Assembly: GCA_963814585.1 (NCBI GenBank)
Contig: CAWFDF010000004.1
Coordinates: 96,001-160,000 of the forward strand
Length of the DNA stretch: 64,000 nt
From: an uncultured delta proteobacterium
Lineage (GTDB): Bacteria; Myxococcota; Myxococcia; Myxococcales; Anaeromyxobacteraceae
Direction of reading: 5' to 3'
Under the pieces are notes generated by a model. That model did no database searches. It was not told where the DNA came from and saw only the letters and a list, made by a program, of their open reading frames with translations. The translations under genes were made by a program, and so were the position numbers. Positions 41,887-50,008 of this stretch are shown here, piece after piece. Positions within the stretch are counted from its first letter, which is position 1; each line of letters opens with the position of its first letter.

Positions 41887-42531
41887 CTACTGGCAGAGCG
41901 TGAGGCTGGTCTGGCCCGGCTGCGGGCACTGGCCGACGATGGTCGGGGTGGCCGGATCAGGGCAGTAGCCGCCCTGGCCCCTGCCGTTCTGCACGCTGAC
42001 CACCACCGAGAACGGCCCGGTCTCGATGGTCGTGCCGTCGGCGTAGTGGCCGGTGGCCCGGACCTCGACGCGCATCTCGGCCGTCAGCCCGGGCGTGGCG
42101 CTCAGCATCGTCGCCACCGCCGGGGGGACCACCGGGATGCTGACGACCTGGGAGCTGGTCGGCTGGACCGTGTGGGTGGTCCAGATCACCGAGGCGTCGG
42201 GGATGGAGACCGTGTTGGAGAGGAACTTCAGGTCGTAGCCAGTGATGAAGGCGGTGGCGGTGTTGGTGCCCCCGTCGCGCTCGCCGTTGTCCGGCCGCTG
42301 GTTGTCGATCTGGAAGGGCCACTCCAGGGTGCCGCCGGTGGGCGCGAAGGTGGTGTCCACCCAGAGGTTGCCCATCAGCACCGTCTCGCAGGACGCGGGA
42401 TAGGAGCAACTCCCGTCTTCGTTGGGCGTGGGCGGGTAGCAGGCGGCCGAGATGAGGACCGAGGCGTTGTTGTCGACGCAGCCGGTGAGGGCGGCGGCGA
42501 GCAGCAGGGCGGCGAGGTACCTGGTGGTCAT
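41887..42531 (-). CDS. Uncharacterised Cys-containing lipoprotein directly downstream of pilQ
   Basis: Lipobox ALTG|C; 214 aa; 18 bp from the pilQ stop. Confidence 0.8.
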   Translation of the reverse strand: MTTRYLAALLLAAALTGCVDNNASVLISAACYPPTPNEDGSCSYPASCETVLMGNLWVDTTFAPTGGTLEWPFQIDNQRPDNGERDGGTNTATAFITGYDLKFLSNTVSIPDASVIWTTHTVQPTSSQVVSIPVVPPAVATMLSATPGLTAEMRVEVRATGHYADGTTIETGPFSVVVSVQNGRGQGGYCPDPATPTIVGQCPQPGQTSLTLCQ

Positions 42532-42549
42532 GGCGAGCGTTCCTCCGTC

Positions 42550-45404
42550 CTACCCGCCGTTGGCGACGGTGGTCGCCTGCCGGTTGAGGATGCGGGGGGT
42601 GATGAAGATGAGCAGCTCGGTGTGATCGTCGGAGTTGACGTCGGTCCGGAAGAAGAAGCCGAGGATGGGGATGCTGCCGAAGAAGGGCACCTGGCTGCGC
42701 CGGTTGGCGGTCTGCCGCGTGAAGATGCCGCCGATGACGGTGGTCTCGCCGTCCTTCACCAGCACCTCGGTCTCGGCCTCCCGCTTGGAGATGGAGGGCT
42801 GGCCGTTGGCGCCGGTCAGCTGCGGGTTGGGCTGGTTGTTGGTGGCCTTGATCTTGAGGAGGATCGAGCCGTCGGCCGAGACGTGCGGGGTCACCTTGAG
42901 CTCCAGCTTGGCCTCGATGAAGGTGGTGTTCACGCCCGAGGCGCTCACCTGGGAGAAGGGGATGCTGATGCCCTGCCCGATGGTGGCCTCCCGGTTGTCG
43001 ATGGTGGCCACCCGGGGCGACGAGATGGTCTTGATGTGGCCGTTGTTCTCCAGCGCCGAGAGCCGCAGGTTGAGGTTGAAGGCGCCGCCGGCCGAGCCGA
43101 AGACCAGGCCGATGCCGCCGCCGGAGCCCTGGCCGATGGCGGCCGGCAGGTTGACCGCGTACTGCGGGTTGGCGGCGGTGCCGGTGGTCGGGCCGCCGCC
43201 CGCCCCGCCCGCGCCCGAGGCGATGTTGGGGAAGGCCAGGCCGGTCGGGTTGCCGAAGGCCTGCGACATGGAGGCGTTGCCGCCCCACTGGACGCCGATC
43301 TCCTTGTTGAAGTTGGACGAGGCCTCGACGATGCGGCTCTCGATCAGCACCTGCGGGATCGGCGTGTCGAGGTTGCGCACCAGCCCCTCGGCCCGGGTGA
43401 GCGCCGCCTGCGTGTCCTTGACGATGAGGACGTTGGTCCGCTCGTCGGTGGAGACGCTGCCGCGCTCGGTGAGCACGTCCTTGATGCGGCCGGACATGTC
43501 GCCGGCGCGGGCGAAGTTGACCGGGATGATCCGGACCTTGAGCGGGATGAGCGGCTTGCGCGCCTCGGCCGCCTTGGCCTGGGCCTCCTGCTCCTTGGCG
43601 ATGTCCTCCAGCTTGGCGACGCGGATGATGTTTCCCAGCTCCTCCTTGCCCAGCCCCTTGGAGCGGAGCACCAGGTCGAGCGCCTGGTCCCAGGGGACGT
43701 TGCGCAGGGAGACGGTCACCTTGCCGCTGACGTCGTCCGCCACCACCATGTTCTTCCTGGAGACGTCGGCGATGAGCCGCAGCAGGTTGCGGATCTCGAT
43801 GTCGTGGAACTCCAGGCTGATGCGCCGGCCGGAGTACCCCCTCCGCGGGGCGGCGCCACCGGAGGCAGGGGCAGCGCCCTCGGCGGCGGCGCCGGCCGCG
43901 CCCGACTCGGCGGCGCTGGCGCTGGTCTCGTCGGAGAGCATCACCGGCTCCTCGTCCTTCGGGGCGGCGGCGACGGCCGGCTCGGCGAAGGTCCAGGTGA
44001 GCCCGTCGCCGCGCTCGGCGAGGGCGTCGGCGGTGGGTCCGCGCAGGGTGGCCACGATCTTCACCTGGCCCGTGGAGGGCTGGTTGAAGGAGGAGATCAT
44101 CATCACCGGGCCGCCGAAGGCGCTGGTGTCGAGCGACCGCTCCAGCTTGCGCGGCAGCTCGGCCGCCTCCAGCGAGAGGACCACGGTGCGGGCGTCGGGG
44201 CGGGTGACGGTGTGCCGGGCGCTCCCCACCACCTCGATCCGCGAGGTCCCGTTGGCGTGGCTGAACTTCACGTCGCTGATCCGCGCCCGCTTCGGCGCGG
44301 CGGCCTTGGTCGCCACCGGGGCGACGACCGCAGGCGCCGCGGCCACGGGCGTGGCCACGCCCATGGCGGGAGCCGCTGGAGTGGCCGCGGGGGGGCGGCA
44401 GGCTTCGTCCTGACCGTGGCCGAGGCGGCGGCGACCGCCGACGGCTTCGGGCTGGACGGAGCGGGCGTCGCGGCGCCCCGGGGCGTCACCGCGATGCCGC
44501 CGGCGACGCGCTTCACCTGGTAGGCCGGCAGGTCGCCGGCCACGTCGAGGACCACGCGCACCTTGCTGGCGTCGCGGCCGAAGCGGACCTGGCCGAAGGC
44601 CCCGTCCAGCTTCACCGCGCCCCTGGGCGCCCTGGCGACGCCGTGCAGGTCGAGGGCGAGGCGGGCCGGGTTCCTCAGCTCGATGATGTCGATGGTGCCG
44701 ACGTCCCCGTCGGTGGCCAGCAGCAGCCCACGGCCGGAGGCCTTCACGCCGGTGACGGCGCTGGCGGCGTGCTTGACCGGGGCCTCGTCGGTGCGGCGGG
44801 AGACCACGTTGTCGTCGGCGGGCGTGGACGGCGCCGGCACCACCACCGGGGCGGCGGCCTGGGCCACCGGTTCGGCCGGCGCAACCACCGGGGCCTTGAC
44901 CTCGGCCTGGATCGGCGCCGCGGCCTCCACCTCACGGGCCTTCGGCGCCGCTGGAGGCTCGGCCGGAGGCGCCGCGGCCAGCGCGGCAGGCGTCGCGGAG
45001 GCCTCGGGCGAGAGCACCCGGACCACCACCGCCTCGCCGCGCTCCTGCACCTCGTAGCGGCGGGCGCCGTCGAGGGCGACGATGACCCGCCCCACCGTGC
45101 TCCGCTCGTCCTTGTACTGGGCGGTGGAGACGGCCAGCACGCCGCCCTTCCCCACCTGGACCGGGGACGCCACCGCGGTGACGTCGGCGCCGGCCAGGTC
45201 GACCACCAGCCGCGGCGGGTCCTGCAGCTTGAAGACCGTGTACGACGGAGGCCGCGACCCGCGGATGGCCAGCTCCACCGCGCCGCCCTGCTCGGCGACG
45301 TCGATGGAGCGGATGGCATTGGCGTCGGCGGCTCGGGCCGGGGAGGCCACCGCGAGGGCGCCCCACAGCGAGATGCCGGCCAGGCGCTTGAGGTGGTTGT
45401 TCAT
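42550..45404 (-). CDS. pilQ: Type IV pilus secretin PilQ, frameshifted at a G7 tract (44389-44395)
   Basis: 5' frame has a signal peptide and AMIN domains (DPPRLVVDL, NPARLALDL). 3' frame has the secretin domain (VPWDQALD, DERTNVLIV, QVLIESRIVE, VPFFGSIPILGFFFR). The span is 2855 bp (3n+2); one extra G restores the frame. Confidence 0.92.
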
Positions 45405-45937
45405 GGCGACTCCTCGAGGTTGATGACTTCCGGCTTGGGAAGGCTGAGCACGGTCTGGGTCCGGTCGCGGGTGCCGTCGGCGCGGGTGACCCACTCGGCC
45501 ACCACCAGCTGGCCGCTGCGGACGGCGGCGACGCTGCCGCCGTTCTTGCCGATGCAGGAGCCGCGGCGCACCGTGTAGCCGGTGCCGTTGGGCGCCTGGA
45601 CCATGGCCACCGGGTCTTCCAGGCCAGTGATGACGGCCACCAGCCTGAACTGCTCCAGCTCGTAGCGGCCGAGCGGGGTGGCGCAGCGGGTGACCAGCGC
45701 GGCGCCGGCGCCGCGGCTCTCGGCCAGGAAGCTGCGGAACGGATCGCGCTTGCCCACCGACGAGTAGGACCAGGTCTCGGCCGGCTTGGTCTCACCCTCA
45801 CCGGCCGGGGCGGCCGGCCTGGCGGCCTCCGGGGGGCGGGCGGCGGGCGCTGCGGCAGGGGGCGCCGCCGGCTTGGGCTTGTCGCAGGCCGCGGCCAGCA
45901 GCAGCGCGGCGAGCGCGGTCAGGCGGAGGCGGGTCAC
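45401..45937 (-). CDS. pilP: Type IV pilus lipoprotein PilP
   Basis: Lipobox LAAA|C; KRDPFRS, PLGRYEL and AMVQAPNG motifs. Confidence 0.92.
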   Translation of the reverse strand: MTRLRLTALAALLLAAACDKPKPAAPPAAAPAARPPEAARPAAPAGEGETKPAETWSYSSVGKRDPFRSFLAESRGAGAALVTRCATPLGRYELEQFRLVAVITGLEDPVAMVQAPNGTGYTVRRGSCIGKNGGSVAAVRSGQLVVAEWVTRADGTRDRTQTVLSLPKPEVINLEESP

Positions 45938-46563
45938 TTGGCCCCCCCCTTCCCGGCGCCGGGCGGGTTCTTGGCCTGGTTGACGAACATGAAGGTGGTG
46001 ACCAGGAACTTGGAGTCCACCACCAGCTTGCCGCCCACGTCCTTGGGCGTGAGCAAGGAGATGTCGCTCACGTTGACGATGCGGCGCAGTCGCCCCAGCG
46101 AGTCGAAGAAGGTGGCGATCTCGTGGAAGTTGCCGGTGACCGTCATGGAGATGGGGATGCGTGCGTAGAAGCCCTCGGGCTTCTCCGCCTCCGGCGTGAT
46201 GGTGGCGATCTCCAGCCCGGCCTTCTGGGCCCGATCCTGGAAGAGCTGGAGCAGCTCGTCGATGTTCTTCTCCTCGGGCAGCTCCGACAGCGCCTCGGCC
46301 AGCCGCTGCTCGAGCAGCTCCTTCTCCTTGCGGAAGCGGTTCAGGTCGTTGGCGATGGCCTGCTTCTCGGTGTAGTCGCGCTCCAGCCGGGCCTGCTCGA
46401 CGATGGCCTTCTTGATGCGGGTCTCGACCTCCGAGACGGGGGGGCCGTAGGGCAGCGAGAAGACGAAGTAGGTGAGGGCGGTCACCAGCACCAGCACGCC
46501 GGCCACCACGCCGATCTTGAGCCCGAGGGGCGCCTTGGCGATCCGTTCGATGAGCTGTTCCAT
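45934..46563 (-). CDS. pilO: Type IV pilus protein PilO
   Basis: TM segment, LPEEKNIDELL, FYARIPI..TGNFHEI..F and RIVNV motifs. Confidence 0.93.
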   Translation of the reverse strand: MEQLIERIAKAPLGLKIGVVAGVLVLVTALTYFVFSLPYGPPVSEVETRIKKAIVEQARLERDYTEKQAIANDLNRFRKEKELLEQRLAEALSELPEEKNIDELLQLFQDRAQKAGLEIATITPEAEKPEGFYARIPISMTVTGNFHEIATFFDSLGRLRRIVNVSDISLLTPKDVGGKLVVDSKFLVTTFMFVNQAKNPPGAGKGGAK

Positions 46564-46567
46564 CGCC

Positions 46568-47152
46568 CTAGCCCTTCTTCCCCGGCGCCGCCTCGGCCGC
46601 CAGCGGGTTGTACATGGCCGTGGCGGTGATCTCGAAGTTCACCAGCCGGTCGGAGCGCCCCGCGCCCTTCACGGCGGTGGTCTTCCTCAGCTCCACCTTG
46701 GTGAAGAACTTCGACTGCTTCAGCCTGGTCATGAACTCGGAGACGTCGTCGATGCTCACCGCCGCGCCGGTGAAGCTCATGGCGCCGTTCTTCTCGTCGA
46801 GCTTGGTGAGCCAGAGCTGGCGTGGCGTCACCGTGGCCAGCTCGTCGAGCATCCGGACCGGCCCGCTGCGCCCCTGCTTCAGCTTGTCGAGGACGTCGAG
46901 CTTCTTCTGCAGCTCCTGCTGGGCGTCCTTGATGTTCCTCACCTCGCCGATGATGCGCTCGAGCTGGGCGATGTCCTCGCGGGTGCGGGCCAGCTTGGCC
47001 TCGCGGGCCTTGAGGTCCCCGGCCCGCGACGAGGCCCAGAGCCAGTTGCCGAGGAGGCCGGCCACCAGCACGGCGGCCACGATGGCGAGCTGCTGCTTGC
47101 CCGCCTCCTTCTTCTTCGAAACCCGGACTGGGAGTAGGTTGATCCGGACCAT
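46568..47152 (-). CDS. pilN: Type IV pilus protein PilN
   Basis: MVRINLLP motif, TM segment, coiled coil, LWLT. Confidence 0.93.
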   Translation of the reverse strand: MVRINLLPVRVSKKKEAGKQQLAIVAAVLVAGLLGNWLWASSRAGDLKAREAKLARTREDIAQLERIIGEVRNIKDAQQELQKKLDVLDKLKQGRSGPVRMLDELATVTPRQLWLTKLDEKNGAMSFTGAAVSIDDVSEFMTRLKQSKFFTKVELRKTTAVKGAGRSDRLVNFEITATAMYNPLAAEAAPGKKG

Positions 47153-47154
47153 GG

Positions 47155-48213
47155 TCACTTGTCCCCGGGCCGGCGCAGCGCCAGCCCGACCCCGACCGCC
47201 GCCGCCGGCGCGCCGGCCAGGATGGCCGCCGGGTCGAACTTGCGGTGGTCGATCTCGATGTTCTTGAAGGGGTTGAGGATCTCGACCGGCACCGCGGCCC
47301 GCGCCTCGATGACCTTGAAGAGGGCCGGGATGCGCGCCGTGCCGCCGGAGAGGAAGACCCGGGAGACGCGGGCGTCGGCGGCCGAGGAGGCGAAGAAGTC
47401 GAGCGACCGCTGGATCTCGCCGCCCATCTGCTCGGCGACCCCCTGGATGACCCGCTCCACCTCCTGCGGCACCACCGCGTCGGTCTCCCCCTGCCCGCCC
47501 ACCTTGAGGGCCTCGGCCTCGTCGTAGGAGATGCCGAGCTGCTTCTGGATCTCCTCGGTGAAGGCGTTGCCGCCCATGGTGATGTCACGGGTGAAGGAGG
47601 TGACGCCGCGGGTGAGGATGTTGATGTTGGCCACCGCGGCGCCCACGTTGATGAGCACCACCGTGTCGGTGGGCGACAGCGGGTAGCTGGCCTCGAAGGC
47701 GTTCTGGACCGCGAAGGCGTCCACGTCGACCACCGTGGCGGTGAGGCCGGCCTCGGCGCAGACCGAGGAGTAGTCGTTGATCATGTCCTTCTTGGCGGCC
47801 ACCAGCAGCACGTCCATCTGGCCGGCGGCATCCCCCTCGGGCGTGAGGATCTGCGTGTCGATGTTCACGTCCTTCACGTCGTAGGGGATGTACTGCTCCG
47901 CCTCCCAGAGGATCGACTCGTCCAGCTCCTCCTGGGTCATGCGCGGCATCTGGATCTTCTTGATGATGACCGAGTGGCCGCGGACGCCGATGGCCACCTC
48001 GCGGGTCTTCACCCGCTGGGCGGCGATCAGCTCCTGGATGGCCTGGACGATGGCGGCCGAGTTCATCAGGCTGCCGTCGACGATGGCCTCGGGGGGCAGC
48101 GGCGCGGTGCCGTAGGCCACCAGGGAGTAGCCGCCCTTCTTCTCCTTGAGCTGGACGAGCTTGACGCTCGAGGACCCGATGTCGAGCCCGACCGCGAGCT
48201 TGCTGCGGCTCAT
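47155..48213 (-). CDS. pilM: Type IV pilus protein PilM
   Basis: ATG 48213; VGLDIGSSSVK, EAEQYIP, LSGG and GLALR motifs. Confidence 0.95.
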   Translation of the reverse strand: MSRSKLAVGLDIGSSSVKLVQLKEKKGGYSLVAYGTAPLPPEAIVDGSLMNSAAIVQAIQELIAAQRVKTREVAIGVRGHSVIIKKIQMPRMTQEELDESILWEAEQYIPYDVKDVNIDTQILTPEGDAAGQMDVLLVAAKKDMINDYSSVCAEAGLTATVVDVDAFAVQNAFEASYPLSPTDTVVLINVGAAVANINILTRGVTSFTRDITMGGNAFTEEIQKQLGISYDEAEALKVGGQGETDAVVPQEVERVIQGVAEQMGGEIQRSLDFFASSAADARVSRVFLSGGTARIPALFKVIEARAAVPVEILNPFKNIEIDHRKFDPAAILAGAPAAAVGVGLALRRPGDK

Positions 48214-48476
48214 GACGCCCGCCCCTTCCTGCCGCCCCCGAACACCTTGGCCCGGTCCGACGGGGTCATCCCCAGCGCCAGGATGATCTTCCGCTTGGTG
48301 TCCACCCGGCAGGCCTGGCCGGCCTCGATGCGCGCCACGGTGAGCGGGGAGACGCCGGCCTTGCGCGCCAGCTCCGCCTTGGTGAGGAGCTGATCCTCGC
48401 GCAGGCGCTGCAGGTTGTTGGCCGGGCGGCGCGGGGCTTCCGCGCGGACGGCGCTCTTCGGAGATGGAGGAGCCAT
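48210..48476 (-). CDS. Small XRE/Cro-type helix-turn-helix regulator
   Basis: NNLQRLREDQLLTKAELARKAGVSPLTVARIEAG; stop overlaps the pilM ATG. Confidence 0.85.
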   Translation of the reverse strand: MAPPSPKSAVRAEAPRRPANNLQRLREDQLLTKAELARKAGVSPLTVARIEAGQACRVDTKRKIILALGMTPSDRAKVFGGGRKGRAS

Positions 48477-48562
48477 GCGAGAAGGACGCTACGCGATCGA
48501 TCCCGATCGGATCAAGAAAGCGTCCGGCGGCGATATCGCATGTGTGGGGTATTCGATGCGTC

Positions 48563-48596
48563 CGGGACGCACAGTGATGCATCATTGTGCGTCCCG
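48563..48596. promoter_or_regulatory. 34-bp loopless palindrome, operator-like
   Basis: CGGGACGCACAGTGATG|CATCATTGTGCGTCCCG, 16 of 17 pairs complementary, upstream of XRE-pilM. Confidence 0.7.
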
Positions 48597-48628
48597 ACGT
48601 GTTCCCGGTGGCCGCGCCGGGCCACCCG

Positions 48629-49999
48629 TCACCCCAGGCCGTATTCCTTGATCTTGTAGAGCAGCGCCCGGTAGGAGAGCTCGAGCAGCTCGGCGGCCCG
48701 CGTCCGGTTGCCGCCGGTCCGCGCCAGGGCCTCCCGGATCAGGCGCTCCTCCAGCGCTCGCGTGGCCCGCTTCACCGAGAGGTCGTCGCCAGGGGGTGGC
48801 TGGCCCGAGGTGGTCGCCGGCGAGGGCGCCCGCACGGCGTCGGGCAGGTCCTCCTCTCGGATGACCGGCCCGTCGGCCAGCACCACCGCCCGCTCCACCG
48901 CGTGCATCAGCTCCCGCACGTTGCCCGGCCAGCGGTGGGCGCGCAGCCGCTCCAGCGCCTCGAGCGAGAAGTCGATTCCGCCCACCTCGGGCCGGAGCGG
49001 CGCGAAGCGGGCCAGGAAGTGGCGCGCCAGGGGCTCGAGATCCTCCAGCCGCTCGCGCAGCGCCGGCAGCCGGATCCCCACCACGGCCAGCCGCCAGTAG
49101 AGGTCCTCCCGGAACTGGCCGGCCGACACCGCCTGCGCCAGGTCTCGCGCCGAGGCCGCCACCACCCGGACGTCCACCTTCACCGACCGCGTGTCCCCCA
49201 CCGGCCGCACCTCCTCCTCCTGGAGGAAGCGGAGCAGCTTCACCTGGAGCGGAAGGGGCAGGTCGCCGATCTCGTCGAGGAAGAGGGTCCCGCCGTCGGC
49301 CTCGAGGGCCAGCCCCTTCTTGGACCGCACCGCGTCGGTGAAGGCGCCGCGGGCGTGGCCGAACAGCTCGGTCTCCAGCAGCTCGCCGGGGATGGCGCCG
49401 CAGTTGACCGCCACGAAGGGCATGGCCGCGCGCGGCGACCGCTCGTGGAGCGCCCGGGCCACCAGCTCCTTGCCGGTCCCGGACTCGCCGTGGAGGAGGA
49501 CGGTGGTCTTCTGCGGCGCCACCTTCTCGACCTGGCGCAGCACCGCCTGCATCGGCGGGCTGGCCCCCACGATGGCGTCGGAGGGGAACCCCGCCCGCAG
49601 CTCGGTCCGGAGCCTGCGGTTCTCCCGGGTCAGCCGCTCGCGCTCCTCGGCCTTGCGCAGGCAGAGCAGCACGTCGTCGGGCTTGAAGGGCTTGGGCAGG
49701 AAGTCGTAGGCGCCGGCCTTCATGGCCTCGATGGCGGCGTCGTGGGAGCCGTAGGCGCTCATGACGATGACCGTGGCGCCCGGCTGGCGTTCCTGGATGG
49801 CGCGCGTCAGTGCGATGCCGTCCATCCGCGGCATGCGAACGTCGGTGAGCACCACGTCGTAGTCGCGGGCCTTGAGCTCCTCGAGCGCGGCCTCGGCGCC
49901 GCCGACGGCGCGCACCTGGTAGCCGCGGTCGGCGAGGATCACGGTGAGCAGGTGGCGCATCGACGCTTCGTCGTCGACGACGAGGACGTTCTGGAGCAC
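48629..49999 (-). CDS. sigma54-dependent response regulator (PilR2-like)
   Basis: Receiver domain (VVDDE, DVRMP, KPF), GESGTGKE, GAFTDA, FLDEIG, WPGNVREL, Fis-type HTH. Confidence 0.93.
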   Translation of the reverse strand: MLQNVLVVDDEASMRHLLTVILADRGYQVRAVGGAEAALEELKARDYDVVLTDVRMPRMDGIALTRAIQERQPGATVIVMSAYGSHDAAIEAMKAGAYDFLPKPFKPDDVLLCLRKAEERERLTRENRRLRTELRAGFPSDAIVGASPPMQAVLRQVEKVAPQKTTVLLHGESGTGKELVARALHERSPRAAMPFVAVNCGAIPGELLETELFGHARGAFTDAVRSKKGLALEADGGTLFLDEIGDLPLPLQVKLLRFLQEEEVRPVGDTRSVKVDVRVVAASARDLAQAVSAGQFREDLYWRLAVVGIRLPALRERLEDLEPLARHFLARFAPLRPEVGGIDFSLEALERLRAHRWPGNVRELMHAVERAVVLADGPVIREEDLPDAVRAPSPATTSGQPPPGDDLSVKRATRALEERLIREALARTGGNRTRAAELLELSYRALLYKIKEYGLG

Positions 50000-50008
50000 G
50001 GGCCGAGT

